NCBI GenBank assembly: GCA_963978095.1
Contig: CAXBQP010000001.1
Location: forward strand, 105,076 to 169,075
Length of the DNA stretch: 64,000 nucleotides
Source of the DNA: an uncultured bacterium
GTDB taxonomy: Bacteria; Gemmatimonadota; Gemmatimonadetes; Gemmatimonadales; Gemmatimonadaceae
Direction of reading: 5' to 3'
The position numbers were made by a program, and so were the translations under genes. Positions 21,407 through 37,647 of the stretch are shown piece after piece. Every line of letters starts with the position of its first letter. Position 1 is the stretch's first letter. The notes under the pieces are model-generated. The model saw only the letters and a program-made list of their open reading frames with translations, was not told the origin of the DNA and ran no database searches.

Positions 21407-21450
21407 CAAGAAAGCGGGGGTTCCCGGTACCGGGAACCCCCGCTTTCTTG
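21407..21450. terminator. Bidirectional intrinsic terminator (perfect 44-bp palindrome)
   Basis: CAAGAAAGCGGGGGTTCCCGGT|ACCGGGAACCCCCGCTTTCTTG between convergent pufC and puhC. Confidence 0.85.
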
Positions 21451-21502
21451 TGGCGACGCGATCGCGGTGAACGATCTGCTGACGGAGTCGCTCGGAAAAG
21501 CG

Positions 21503-21985
21503 TTACTTCCCGGCGAGCAGCAGGACGCGGAACGACTCGACTTGGGTCGGACCGAATGAGCTGATGGACACGCGTTCGCCGGTGGAGGGATCGTCCAACG
21601 TCATGCGCCCATTTTCCCATTGCGTGAGGATAAAGGGCTCCGACGGCTCGACATGTGCAGCCCGACGCGACCGCGCGAGACTCCGGATGGCACCGCGCAA
21701 GAACTGATCACTGTTCGGCGGCACCTGGAAGACGTTCCGGTGCGCGATCGCGTCATAGACGTCAATGCCACCATTCGTGGCGTCACTGAACACCAAGGAC
21801 CGTGACCCGACCATGGGCCCGTCGGGCTCATCGTACGCGCCTCGCCCGAACCGCGTGGCGGAGATGGCGAACCAAAGCGTTGCAGCGACGATCACGAGTG
21901 CCACGACCAAGAATGGACGCGGGGGCGTCAGGTCCTGCATGGCCGACTGCTGCCCTGGCTCGCGTTCGAAATGAATCTGCGTCAT
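21503..21985 (-). CDS. puhC: Photosynthetic complex assembly protein PuhC
   Basis: Single TM, then L.F.D...G.I.V.DA, FLRG.IR.LAR.R, PF.L....NGR..L.DP.TG, FG. Confidence 0.85.
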   Translation of the reverse strand: MTQIHFEREPGQQSAMQDLTPPRPFLVVALVIVAATLWFAISATRFGRGAYDEPDGPMVGSRSLVFSDATNGGIDVYDAIAHRNVFQVPPNSDQFLRGAIRSLARSRRAAHVEPSEPFILTQWENGRMTLDDPSTGERVSISSFGPTQVESFRVLLLAGK

Positions 21986-22635
21986 ACGGTAACCGCGGAG
22001 AACCCGGTGATGCTGCCCGCGGCAGCGCCAGACGCTGGTGCAGCAGCCTCCGGTGCCGCTCCCTCGACGGCCAACGCGGCCGTCCGGAGGATCGCGCCGA
22101 CGGCTGCGGCATCCCGCAGTCCGCGCAGGACCGGCTGCGGATTCTTGAGGTGCCAGGCTCTCACATGCGGCCACAGAATCAGCCACGCGAGTCGATCCGC
22201 CGATTGGACTTCGATCGCGATTTGCCCGGTCCCATCGCGGAACATGCGCGTCGCAGCCCCCCGGATCGACCGGAGTGGAAGATTCAGGGTCATCGGCAGT
22301 ACGATGCCGATGCGCATCACCACGCGACGATCCGTGATGATGTACCGCGTCGTCCGCGCGCAAGCCACCGCCAGCACGAACGCGATGAGGATGGCGAACG
22401 CGGCGCTCCCGAGTTGCAGGCCCAGCATCTCTCGGAACTCGGCACTGCCGAGCGCCGATCGGGTGTTGAACGCCCACGCCCCGATCACCACGGCGAAATA
22501 GACGGTCAGCGCCCACACGTGGAACGCGTGCCGCGCGAGCGCCGCTCGATCAGGCTGTTCCTCCCACAGCACCCGCTCCCCGACCGGAAGAGGTTCAGGG
22601 GCGCCAGGGATAAACCTCCGCTCGTCCACGACCAT
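21982..22635 (-). CDS. puhB: Photosynthetic complex assembly protein PuhB
   Basis: PG.PE.LP.GE.VLW, AFHV, YIITDRRVVMRIGI.LP, LWPHVR.W....PQP.LR. Confidence 0.9.
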   Translation of the reverse strand: MVVDERRFIPGAPEPLPVGERVLWEEQPDRAALARHAFHVWALTVYFAVVIGAWAFNTRSALGSAEFREMLGLQLGSAAFAILIAFVLAVACARTTRYIITDRRVVMRIGIVLPMTLNLPLRSIRGAATRMFRDGTGQIAIEVQSADRLAWLILWPHVRAWHLKNPQPVLRGLRDAAAVGAILRTAALAVEGAAPEAAAPASGAAAGSITGFSAVTV

Positions 22636-23180
22636 CAGAGCAGCGGTTGCGAGCGATCCGGCGTGGCGTACAGGTGACCGCCACCGTAGTACGCGCAAAT
22701 CTTGTCTTCCTCCAAAAGGGTAATCTCGGTGCGGCTCTTCGTCCCCGGCACCTCGGAGAACTGGGCCGCCGTGATCGCCTTGACGCGCACATGATCCAAC
22801 CCGAACAACCCCAAGTTCGGCCACGCCACGAACGTCACCGGGAGCAGAACGTGTCGTCCGCCCGTCGCGAGCGTCACCTCGTAATACCGGACCTGCGGCT
22901 CCGACCGATCGACCCACAGATCGGAGATCGTACCGGCGACGACGCCGTCACAGGCGCGTACCGGCAATCCACGCGGATCCGGATCCCCTTCGGCGATCGA
23001 GAAATCCGTGGCCACCTGCATCGGCACGATCTTCGGCTTGCCATGGGCGGTCAGATCCGGCACATCCGCTCGCTGTGCCCAGGAGGCAGGGCCCACCCCG
23101 TCGATCATCGGATTGCCCGTCGGAACGAACGGCGATCCATTGAACCCGTCGACGGGTTCCATTTTCAAATCCTGACTCAT
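22635..23180 (-). CDS. puhA: Reaction centre H subunit, cytoplasmic PRC-barrel part (split puhA, part 2)
   Basis: [49 protein letters not shown] 23180 overlaps the stop of part 1. Confidence 0.92.
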   Translation of the reverse strand: MSQDLKMEPVDGFNGSPFVPTGNPMIDGVGPASWAQRADVPDLTAHGKPKIVPMQVATDFSIAEGDPDPRGLPVRACDGVVAGTISDLWVDRSEPQVRYYEVTLATGGRHVLLPVTFVAWPNLGLFGLDHVRVKAITAAQFSEVPGTKSRTEITLLEEDKICAYYGGGHLYATPDRSQPLL

Positions 23181-23383
23181 GCGTGTCCGCCTCCCTGCGT
23201 ATGATCGGGGTGAATGAACGTCTTCGGTTCCGGGACCGTGGGCCACCCTTCACGGGGACCCTGGGGCGACTCGAGCGGATATCCCTCGCGCTTGTCCTCA
23301 CGGCGGAGATACACGATCAACCCGAAGAAAAAGAGCCAGAAACAGTACAGCGCGATTTGCGCAGCGTCGAAATAGTGTGTCAT
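23177..23383 (-). CDS. puhA: Reaction centre H subunit, transmembrane part (split puhA, part 1)
   Basis: [36 protein letters not shown]. Confidence 0.92.
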   Translation of the reverse strand: MTHYFDAAQIALYCFWLFFFGLIVYLRREDKREGYPLESPQGPREGWPTVPEPKTFIHPDHTQGGGHA

Positions 23384-23413
23384 GCCTCCTCCTGAGAATG
23401 CGCCGAAGCCCGG

Positions 23414-24865
23414 TCAGGCTGGAAGATCAGCGAGACCAAACTCTTGTTGCCGGCGAATCGCGCCGGCGCGAACCATCGAAACCAGTGGCCCCAACGCCAC
23501 CAACGTGGCGAAGAGGGTGACAATCTCCATCGCATACACGACGCTGTACGGCATCGCGGGATTGCGGAGCACGGCACTGACACGCCCCTCGGCGATCATG
23601 CGGGCCAACTCATCGCGGATCGCTCCCGAGCTGGCCAGGGCGAGCCCTTCGGTCGTCGCGAACACCGCGCCCCAGGCGCCGAGCGCGATACCATGCTGCG
23701 TCGAGTCGCGAAGCCCCATCGCCGCACTCAGCGTGCCCACGCCGAACAATCCCTCGCCGGTGCCGATCAGGAAGGTGCCGCACTGGAACAGCATGGCGGA
23801 ATGCAGCGGCGCGGCGAGGATGACGCAGGCGAACGCCACAATGCCGGTAGCAACGCCCAGCGCTGCGAGGCGGATCGGGTCCAATCCCCGTTCCAGCAAG
23901 AGTGCGGCAACCATGAAGGCGAAAATGCCGCCGACGGCCATGACACCCGTCAAACCCGTCGTTTGCGACACGGAAAAGCCGAGGATCTCGCCGCCGTAGG
24001 GTTCGAGAAGTACATCCTGCATGTTGAAGGCGAAAAAGCCGCATCCCACGGCCACGAGCAGACGGACCGCGGCACCACCCTCCGCGAAGGTCCGCCACGC
24101 CTCACGGAAGAGCGGACGGCGCTCTCCCTTCTGGTACGGCGTCACTCCCCGTACGCGCGCCTCCTGCCGCCACATGGAATAGGTGTTCACGACGACCGTG
24201 AACACGGCCGTCGCCTGGATGACCTGGATGAGTTTGCCTTCCGTGAATCCCTGCAGCGCAACGCCGAGGACCAGAGAACTCAACACGGTCCCGATCAGCA
24301 GCATCAGATACATCAGCGCGATGATGCGGGGCCGTTTGGCCTCCGGTGCAATGTCGCTCGCCAGCGCGAGTCCCGCGGTCTGAATGGTATGCGCACCTGC
24401 GCCCACGAGAAAGAATGCCACGCCGCTGCCCACATAGCCGATGAAACGGGGGCCCCAGTGTTGATCACCGCCCAGAACGATCAGGGCGAACGGCATGATG
24501 GTCAGCCCTGCGAACTGCATCATGGATCCAGCCCAGACGAACGGCACGCGCTTCCAGCCCAGCACCGACCGGTGCGTGTCGGAGCGAAAGCCGATCAGTG
24601 CCCGGAATGGCGCGACCAGCAACGGAATCGCGATCATGACCGAGACGATGGTCGCACTGAGCTTCAACTCGAGGATCATCACGCGATTCAGCGTGCCGAA
24701 GAACAGCGTCTGCACCATGCCGCACGTCAACTGAAAAAGGCTGAGGCGAAGCAGACGCGACAGCGGCATCTCCGGCGTCGCGATATCCGCGAAAGGCCGC
24801 CACTTGGAAACAATCCCCAAGGTGAAGCGCTGAAGCCGCAAGAGCAGTGCGCGCAAGAAGCTCAT
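23414..24865 (-). CDS. lhaA: LhaA/PucC family (BCD) MFS protein for antenna assembly
   Basis: PFAD.AT...PL.RLLRLSLFQ, GTLNRVMI.EL, MQDVLLEPYGG, GLALGAWGAV-like motif. Confidence 0.9.
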   Translation of the reverse strand: MSFLRALLLRLQRFTLGIVSKWRPFADIATPEMPLSRLLRLSLFQLTCGMVQTLFFGTLNRVMILELKLSATIVSVMIAIPLLVAPFRALIGFRSDTHRSVLGWKRVPFVWAGSMMQFAGLTIMPFALIVLGGDQHWGPRFIGYVGSGVAFFLVGAGAHTIQTAGLALASDIAPEAKRPRIIALMYLMLLIGTVLSSLVLGVALQGFTEGKLIQVIQATAVFTVVVNTYSMWRQEARVRGVTPYQKGERRPLFREAWRTFAEGGAAVRLLVAVGCGFFAFNMQDVLLEPYGGEILGFSVSQTTGLTGVMAVGGIFAFMVAALLLERGLDPIRLAALGVATGIVAFACVILAAPLHSAMLFQCGTFLIGTGEGLFGVGTLSAAMGLRDSTQHGIALGAWGAVFATTEGLALASSGAIRDELARMIAEGRVSAVLRNPAMPYSVVYAMEIVTLFATLVALGPLVSMVRAGAIRRQQEFGLADLPA

Positions 24866-24866
24866 C

Positions 24867-25934
24867 TCACCAGACCGGTTCAAGACGGAAGTTCACAGGC
24901 AGTTCCGCGTGCTTGGCCGGCAAGAGGAACATGCGGGCGAAAATCACGGCATTGGACGCCTTCGCCACTGCCCCACGCAACACACCACCGAGGCCGCCCG
25001 TCTTCTCCGCCTCGGCGATAGCCAGCGTGTTCTGGTACATGGACTCCATCAAGGCCCACAACTTGGGATTGTCCACGTCGATCGTCACCGGGAAGACTTG
25101 GCGGCTGATCTCATTGGTCAAGGCGATCACGCGACGATCGAAATCGTTGACATCGAATCCCAACTGCTTGAAGAAATCCGCGCGCAGATGGTCACGGACA
25201 TACATCGTCGCAAACACCGCCAAGAGGAAGAAGCGGATCCACAGCTTGTTGCCGCCGCGCAGGAACTGCGGGTTGGCACGCATCAGAATGGCGAACGCCT
25301 CACCATGCCGGAACTCATCATGGCACCAGTTCTCGAACCACTTGAAGATCGGGTGGAACCGGAACTCGGGATGGGCTTCGAGCTGCCGATAGATCGTGAT
25401 GTAGCGGGCGTATCCGATCTTCTCGGAGAGATAGGTGGCGTAATAGATGTACTTCGGCTTGAAGTACGTGTACTTCTTGGCCCTGGTCAGGAAGCTCAGA
25501 TCCACCGCGACGTTGAAATCATTCAACGTATGGTTGATGAATCCGGCGTGCCGCCCTTCGTCGCGGCTCATGAAACCGAACAACTCGCGGATATCCTTGT
25601 TCTTCACCCGCTTCTTGATCTCCGCGTACAGGATGCAGCCCGAGAACTCCGCCGTGACCGAGCTCGTCAAGAACTCGATGAAGGAGCGCTGCAGCTCGAG
25701 TGGCCATCCGGTCCAATCCAAGTCGAAGTCGGCGTTGCGCTTGAAGTGGTCCTTGTTGGGATCGCGCCGGAACTCATCCACCATTGCATCCCACATCTCA
25801 CGCATCGACTCCACGTTCAAGCGGTCGAGTTCGTCGAAATCCGTGGTGTAGAAGCGCGGATTCAGCGCGGCATCCTCACGCGCGGCCTTCGTCGTCTCGT
25901 TGATGGGCGCTGCCGTCGTCGCGTCGTACATCAT
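24867..25934 (-). CDS. acsF: O2-dependent Mg-protoporphyrin IX monomethyl ester cyclase
   Basis: PRFYTTDF, TAEFSGC, MSRDEGRHAG, YLSEKIGYARY, WCHDEFRHG diiron motifs. Confidence 0.97.
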   Translation of the reverse strand: MMYDATTAAPINETTKAAREDAALNPRFYTTDFDELDRLNVESMREMWDAMVDEFRRDPNKDHFKRNADFDLDWTGWPLELQRSFIEFLTSSVTAEFSGCILYAEIKKRVKNKDIRELFGFMSRDEGRHAGFINHTLNDFNVAVDLSFLTRAKKYTYFKPKYIYYATYLSEKIGYARYITIYRQLEAHPEFRFHPIFKWFENWCHDEFRHGEAFAILMRANPQFLRGGNKLWIRFFLLAVFATMYVRDHLRADFFKQLGFDVNDFDRRVIALTNEISRQVFPVTIDVDNPKLWALMESMYQNTLAIAEAEKTGGLGGVLRGAVAKASNAVIFARMFLLPAKHAELPVNFRLEPVW

Positions 25935-26263
25935 CAGCCCTCGAACCCCACTTCGTACAGGTCGGTGATTCCACTCGTGCCGAGCACACGCACCAGCACG
26001 CGCCGCGGCCAGCTCACCTGCGTGACGGTCGCGCGGGAGGTCATGATGGCCTTGGTCCCGATCGGGATCTTCGATGGTGCCGCATGCACCAGCACTTCAT
26101 CGCCCTCGTTCACGTCGATGCCGTCGAGCTCCACATGCGCGTGGAAGTGATCCTGCGTGGCCTCAAGATCGATGGTACACGGGACTTCCGAGCGGCGTCG
26201 GGCCAGCATCCAGGCCCCGAGCACCACCACGGTTCCCAGTCCTGCGAGGAGGGACGTGTTCAT
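25934..26263 (-). CDS. BciE-like AcsF accessory protein with an added N-terminal hydrophobic helix
   Basis: PCT....HAHV.....GDEVLVH.AP...AT.T...R...R..G....L.E..F pattern recalled for the small ORF next to acsF in alphaproteobacterial PGCs; TGATG-coupled to acsF. Confidence 0.65.
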   Translation of the reverse strand: MNTSLLAGLGTVVVLGAWMLARRRSEVPCTIDLEATQDHFHAHVELDGIDVNEGDEVLVHAAPSKIPIGTKAIMTSRATVTQVSWPRRVLVRVLGTSGITDLYEVGFEG

Positions 26264-26273
26264 CGTGACGACC

Positions 26274-27065
26274 TCATGCGCCCACTCCGAGGACCACCTC
26301 GTCATCATCCGACGACGTCGTCCGCACGAGTTCAAGCGCTTGTGAGATGTAGAAGGCGCTCTGCACGCGGGTCGTGCGAGCGGGGGTCCAGTCGCCGAGC
26401 GTCGGCGACGTCGCGATTGCCTCGTACAGCAATCGCCGGCGCAACGGCTCGATGGCCGGCGCGCGGTTCGTGTGCTCGGTATGCGGCACAAGCCGTCCCA
26501 CGGCGTGCATCAGCTCGAGCAACGGCGTACTCGGGGCGTACGTCGCCACGATCGAACCGCGGGTCCGCGCCGCCAGCGCGGATACGGCATGCATGACGTC
26601 CTCGAGCCGATAGTGGATCAGCGAATCCATCGCAAACACGTGATCGAACTCGCCGAACTCCGGGGACAACATGTCACCGGCGGAAAACTCGATGCGGCCC
26701 GACAGAGGCTCCTCGGCCATGCGCGCCAGGCCGACCTCCACCGCCGACGGCGCCAGATCGATCGCCACCACGTCCGCGCCGCGGCGCGCGAGCTCGATCG
26801 ATGCCGTGCCCGTGCCGCACCCGGCATCGAGAACGCGCTTCCCGGTCAGGTCGGCGGGTAACCACGAGAGCAACGTGTCGCGCATGTTCGCGCGTCCCGC
26901 GCGAACCGTCGCCCGGATCCTGCTCACCGGAGCATCCGAGGTCAGCGCCTTCCATCCATCGGAGGCCGTCCGGTCGAAATACTCCGTCAGCCACGACCGC
27001 CGTTCGGCATACGTGGAGGGAATCGATTCGCCGGCGCCCCGCACCGCGTGACTGGATGATGTCAC
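26274..27065 (-). CDS. bchM: Mg-protoporphyrin IX methyltransferase
   Basis: YFDRTA, APVSRIRATVRAGR, LDAGCGTG, MDSLIHY, FYISQALE; GTG start. Confidence 0.95.
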   Translation of the reverse strand: MTSSSHAVRGAGESIPSTYAERRSWLTEYFDRTASDGWKALTSDAPVSRIRATVRAGRANMRDTLLSWLPADLTGKRVLDAGCGTGTASIELARRGADVVAIDLAPSAVEVGLARMAEEPLSGRIEFSAGDMLSPEFGEFDHVFAMDSLIHYRLEDVMHAVSALAARTRGSIVATYAPSTPLLELMHAVGRLVPHTEHTNRAPAIEPLRRRLLYEAIATSPTLGDWTPARTTRVQSAFYISQALELVRTTSSDDDEVVLGVGA

Positions 27066-27067
27066 GG

Positions 27068-31611
<4,544 letters not shown>

Positions 31612-31622
<11 letters not shown>

Positions 31623-33204
31623 AATGCGCCTTGGCCTCGTACAGCGTATCAACGGTGATCTGCAGGATCCCCTGGGCGGCGGCGAATTTCTCGGTGTTGC
31701 GCCGCGCCTTGCCGCGGACGAAGAACGGGATCTTCCCGAGCTCCTTTTCGCCGTCGGGCGTCCAAACGGGAGGGGTGAATGCGCCGACCGATGCCGTCTT
31801 CGCCACCGGCTGTTCGACCACCCGCTGCGTGGCGCTGTCCGCGACACCGGACGTCTCCGCACGCGCTGGCGCGTGCAGATGGCTCGGCGCCGCATCACCG
31901 TGGAACTCGAAATCATCGCGGAACATGTGCAGCAAATGTTCCTCGAGCCCCATCATCAACGGATGCACCCACGCATCGAAGATCACATTCGACCCTTCCC
32001 ACCCCATCTGGGGCGAATGCCGGGCCGGAACATCCTGCACATGGAAGGGTCCCGAGATCACGGCGCAGGGCACTCCAAGACGCTTGGCGATGTGCCGCTC
32101 CATCTGCGTGCCGAGCACCAACTCGGGGGCGGCCGCGCCGATCGCGGCCTCCACCTCGAGGTAATCATCGGTGATCAACGGGTCGATCCCCAGGGCCGTC
32201 GCGGCGGCGCGCACGTCACGCGCCATCTCGCGGGCATAGGTACCGATCCCCACCACCCGGAAGCCCAGTTCTTCCGTGGCGATGCGAGCCGCACTGATCA
32301 CATGGGTGCCGTCGCCAAAGATGTAGACCCGCTTGCCGGTCAGGTATGTCGAGTCGACGCTGCGCGAATACCACGGAAGCCGCGACGCACCCTCCTCGAC
32401 GGCGGCCGTGACATCCACCCCCGCGATCGCTCCCACCTCGCGGAGAAAATCACGGGTCGCACCGACACCGATCGGCACCGTCTTCACGTACGGCATCCCG
32501 TGATTGCGCTGCAGCCATCCGGCCGTGGTCTGCGAAATCTCCGGATACAGCGACACATTGAAGTCCGCCTCCGGCAAGCGCACGAGATCGGCCGGTGACG
32601 CGCCCCACGGCGCGATCACGTGCACGTCGACCCCGACGGACTCCAGCAAGGCGCGCACCTCGCGCACGTCGTCGCGGCTGCGAAAGCCGAGCGCCGTGGG
32701 GCCCAGGATGTTCGCCGTGGGGCGACGACCCTCGCGCGGCGCACGCACCACCGGCGTTGTCCGGGTGCCGACCATCGTGCGCACCAGATGATAGAACGTC
32801 TCCGACGCCCCCCAGTTCTCCTTCTTGGAGTACGAGGGCAGTTCGAGCGGCACGACCGGCACCGGGAGCTTGAGCCCCATGGCCAGCGCCCCGGGTTGAT
32901 CTTGGATCAGCTCGGCCGTGCACGATTCCCCGACCAGCAGCGCCTGCGGCGTGAATCGCTCATAGGCATCCTGAATGGCGGTGATGACCAGGTTGGCCGT
33001 ATCTCCGCCCAAGTCGCGCGCCTGGAAGGTGGTGTACGTCACCGGTGGACGGCGGTCGCGGCGCTCGATCATCGTGAAGAGCAGATCGGCGTACGTGTCC
33101 CCCTGCGGTGCGTGCAGCACGTAATGCACGCCGGTCATCGAAGTCGCGATCCGCATCGCGCCGACGTGCGGCGGTCCCTCGTACGTCCAGAGCGTGAGCT
33201 GCAT
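31612..33204 (-). CDS. bchB: DPOR subunit B
   Basis: [48 protein letters not shown]. Confidence 0.97.
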
Positions 33205-33206
33205 CG

Positions 33207-35235
<2,029 letters not shown>

Positions 35236-35274
35236 CTTGCAAGCACATTCATCAGGGACTGAGCATCGGCCGTC

Positions 35275-36093
35275 ATGCGTCCAGAAGAGAGCCGCGAACC
35301 GCACGGCGCCGGAGCGCCGGAGACGTCGCATCGGGCGCGTGAGGGGGACCGCGCGTATCACGCGGTCGCGCACGAGACGGCTGCCACCCAAGCGACCGCT
35401 CCGGTGGATCCGTCGTTGAGCACTCGTCACATCACGACCGACGACCTCCACACCTTCGTCCGGTCGCTGCGCTCCTCGGACGAGGGGGAGTGCACCGCCT
35501 GCGTCAATGCCCTCATCGCGCGCGGCATTACGGCCGAGACCATCTACCTCGACCTGCTGGACAACGCTGCGTTGCAGTTTGGCGAAATGTGGAATGACGA
35601 CAGCTGCGACTTCGTCGATGTCACCGTCGCCTTGGGCCGCCTCCAGCGGATCTTGCGGGACCTCAGCCATAAGTTCCTCGCGGATCGAGCCGCGCCGGAT
35701 TCCATTGGTCGAGTCCTACTTTCGTCTATCCCTGGAGAGCACCACACATTAGGTTTATTCATGGTCGCGGAGTTCTTCATCCGCGAAGGCTGGGACGTCA
35801 GGCTTGGCGCGCCCCTGACATCAGCCGAACTGGGGTCGCTTCTCCGGGAAACCCGCTTCGATGTCGTCGGCTTCTCGGTCGCGTCGTCCGAACGGCTCTC
35901 CCATGTCAAACGCACGATACGTCAACTTCGGCGTGATTCGCAGAATAGAGCCCTCGCGGTGATGGTCGGAGGGCCGGTGTTCCGCGAACGCCCATCGTTG
36001 GCCGCCCATGTCGGAGCCGATGGCACTGCACCTGATGCCCGCACTGCACCCGCGCTTGCTCGCCGTCTCATCACTCAAGGGGATCCGTGCTGA
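35275..36093 (+). CDS. ppaA: Cobalamin-binding antirepressor AerR/PpaA
   Basis: W..D..DF.DVT and EHHTLG (ExHxxG) B12-binding motif, VGFS, VMVGG; directly upstream of ppsR. Confidence 0.88.
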   Translation: MRPEESREPHGAGAPETSHRAREGDRAYHAVAHETAATQATAPVDPSLSTRHITTDDLHTFVRSLRSSDEGECTACVNALIARGITAETIYLDLLDNAALQFGEMWNDDSCDFVDVTVALGRLQRILRDLSHKFLADRAAPDSIGRVLLSSIPGEHHTLGLFMVAEFFIREGWDVRLGAPLTSAELGSLLRETRFDVVGFSVASSERLSHVKRTIRQLRRDSQNRALAVMVGGPVFRERPSLAAHVGADGTAPDARTAPALARRLITQGDPC

Positions 36094-36119
36094 CCCGCCC
36101 GTTGGTCGGCACCGCCTAA

Positions 36120-37556
36120 ATGCCAAGCTCCCGCTCCAAACCCAGCGCTCCACCCGCTGATCTCGCCAGCTACGCGCCTGACTGGGCGGCGAAGCTGATC
36201 GCCGCGAGCAGCGAGGTCACGCTCGTGCTGGACGCGAACGGCGTGATCCGGAGCGTGTCGTTCGGCGGTGGAGAACCGGTCACGGACGACACGACCAGTT
36301 GGACGGGGCAGTCGTGGATCGATACCGTGACGACCGAGACGCGCGGCAAGGTCGACCAGATGATGCGCGAGGTCCGCCAGACGGGGGCTTCGCGCCGGCG
36401 GCAGATCAACCATCGCTCGTCCAACGGCAGTGATGTGCCGGTGGCGTACACGGCGGTCAAACTGGACGACGATCACATCATTGCCGTCGGGCGTGACCTG
36501 CGCGCGATCTCGTCGCTGCAGCAACGCCTCGTCGACACCCAGCAGGCGATGGAGCGCGACTACTGGCGCCTGCGCCACGTGGAGACGCGGTATCGCCTGC
36601 TCTTCCAGCTTTCGACGGACGCGATCGTGGTGGTCGACGCGGATACGATGAAGATCGTGGACGCGTCCGGTGCCGCCGGCCGACTGTTCGACATTCCGGC
36701 GGAAAAGCTGCTGGGCCGTGCCTTCCCCTACGGCATCGCGGCGGGGAGCGTGCGCGCCATGGATGACCTTGCGGCCTCGGCACGTACCACCGGCCACGCG
36801 TCGGATGTGCGGATCGAACTGGCGGACGCTCGTGGTCGAGCCCACGTGAGTGCCAGCTGCTTCCGCCAGGAGAACATGACGCTCCTGCTCGTCCGCATCG
36901 CCCCCGAGGGAAGCACGACGTCGAACGTGCCGGCCTCTCGCGGCCGGATCCAGGACCTCGTGGAACATGCCCCCGACTGCTTCGTCGTCACGACGACCAG
37001 CGGCGACATCGTGATGGCGAATCGCGCCTTCCTCGACTTGGCGCAGCTCGGGAGCGAAGAGCAGTGCAAGGGACGTTCGCTCAGCAACTGGGTCGGCCGG
37101 CCGGCGGCGGACATCGACCTGTTTCTCACCGTGCTGCGGGAACACGGCGTCGTGCGCTTGGCATCGTCCGCCTTGCGCGGCGAACATGGACTGATCACGG
37201 AAGTGGAGATCTCCGCGGTGGCGGAGCCGGACGGAGAGTCCCCCTGCTACGGGTTCATCCTGCGCGACGTCGGCCGCCGCCTCGCCGGCGGGCCGCGCGG
37301 GGCGCGCGACCTGACCAAGGCGGTGGAGGAGCTCACGGGCTTGGTGGGCAAGGTGTCGTTGCCGAAGCTGGTCCGTGATACCACGGACATGGTCGAGCGG
37401 CACTTCATCGACGCCGCCTTGGAGCTCACGAATGACAACAGGACGACGGCAGCTGAGGTCCTGGGGTTGTCGCGCCAGACGCTCTATGTGAAGCTGCGCC
37501 GTCATGGGATCGCGGTGAGCGGCGACGCCGCCGACAGCACCCCCAAGGCCGGCTAA
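36120..37556 (+). CDS. ppsR: Transcriptional regulator PpsR/CrtJ
   Basis: N-PAS, Q-linker LQQRLV..QQAMERDYWRLR..ETRYRLLF, two PAS domains, Fis HTH LGLSRQTLYVKLRR. Confidence 0.95.
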   Translation: MPSSRSKPSAPPADLASYAPDWAAKLIAASSEVTLVLDANGVIRSVSFGGGEPVTDDTTSWTGQSWIDTVTTETRGKVDQMMREVRQTGASRRRQINHRSSNGSDVPVAYTAVKLDDDHIIAVGRDLRAISSLQQRLVDTQQAMERDYWRLRHVETRYRLLFQLSTDAIVVVDADTMKIVDASGAAGRLFDIPAEKLLGRAFPYGIAAGSVRAMDDLAASARTTGHASDVRIELADARGRAHVSASCFRQENMTLLLVRIAPEGSTTSNVPASRGRIQDLVEHAPDCFVVTTTSGDIVMANRAFLDLAQLGSEEQCKGRSLSNWVGRPAADIDLFLTVLREHGVVRLASSALRGEHGLITEVEISAVAEPDGESPCYGFILRDVGRRLAGGPRGARDLTKAVEELTGLVGKVSLPKLVRDTTDMVERHFIDAALELTNDNRTTAAEVLGLSRQTLYVKLRRHGIAVSGDAADSTPKAG

Positions 37557-37599
37557 GACCGCCATTTCGATGGGCCGCCGGGGACCCGCGCCCGTGACA

Positions 37600-37643
37600 T
37601 GTCAACTAGGGTTGACATATAGTGGTGTAACGCCGACAATACA
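37600..37643 (+). promoter_or_regulatory. Two perfect PpsR operators 8 bp apart over the -35/-10 of bchG
   Basis: TGTCAActagggTTGACA 37600-37617; TGTaacgccgacaatACA 37626-37643; TTGACA-17-GACAAT. Confidence 0.9.
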
Positions 37644-37647
37644 CCCT

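Noticed and set aside
23177..23180. puhA as a frameshifted pseudogene
   Set aside because: The second part has its own RBS and ATG, and a split H subunit is known in Gemmatimonas
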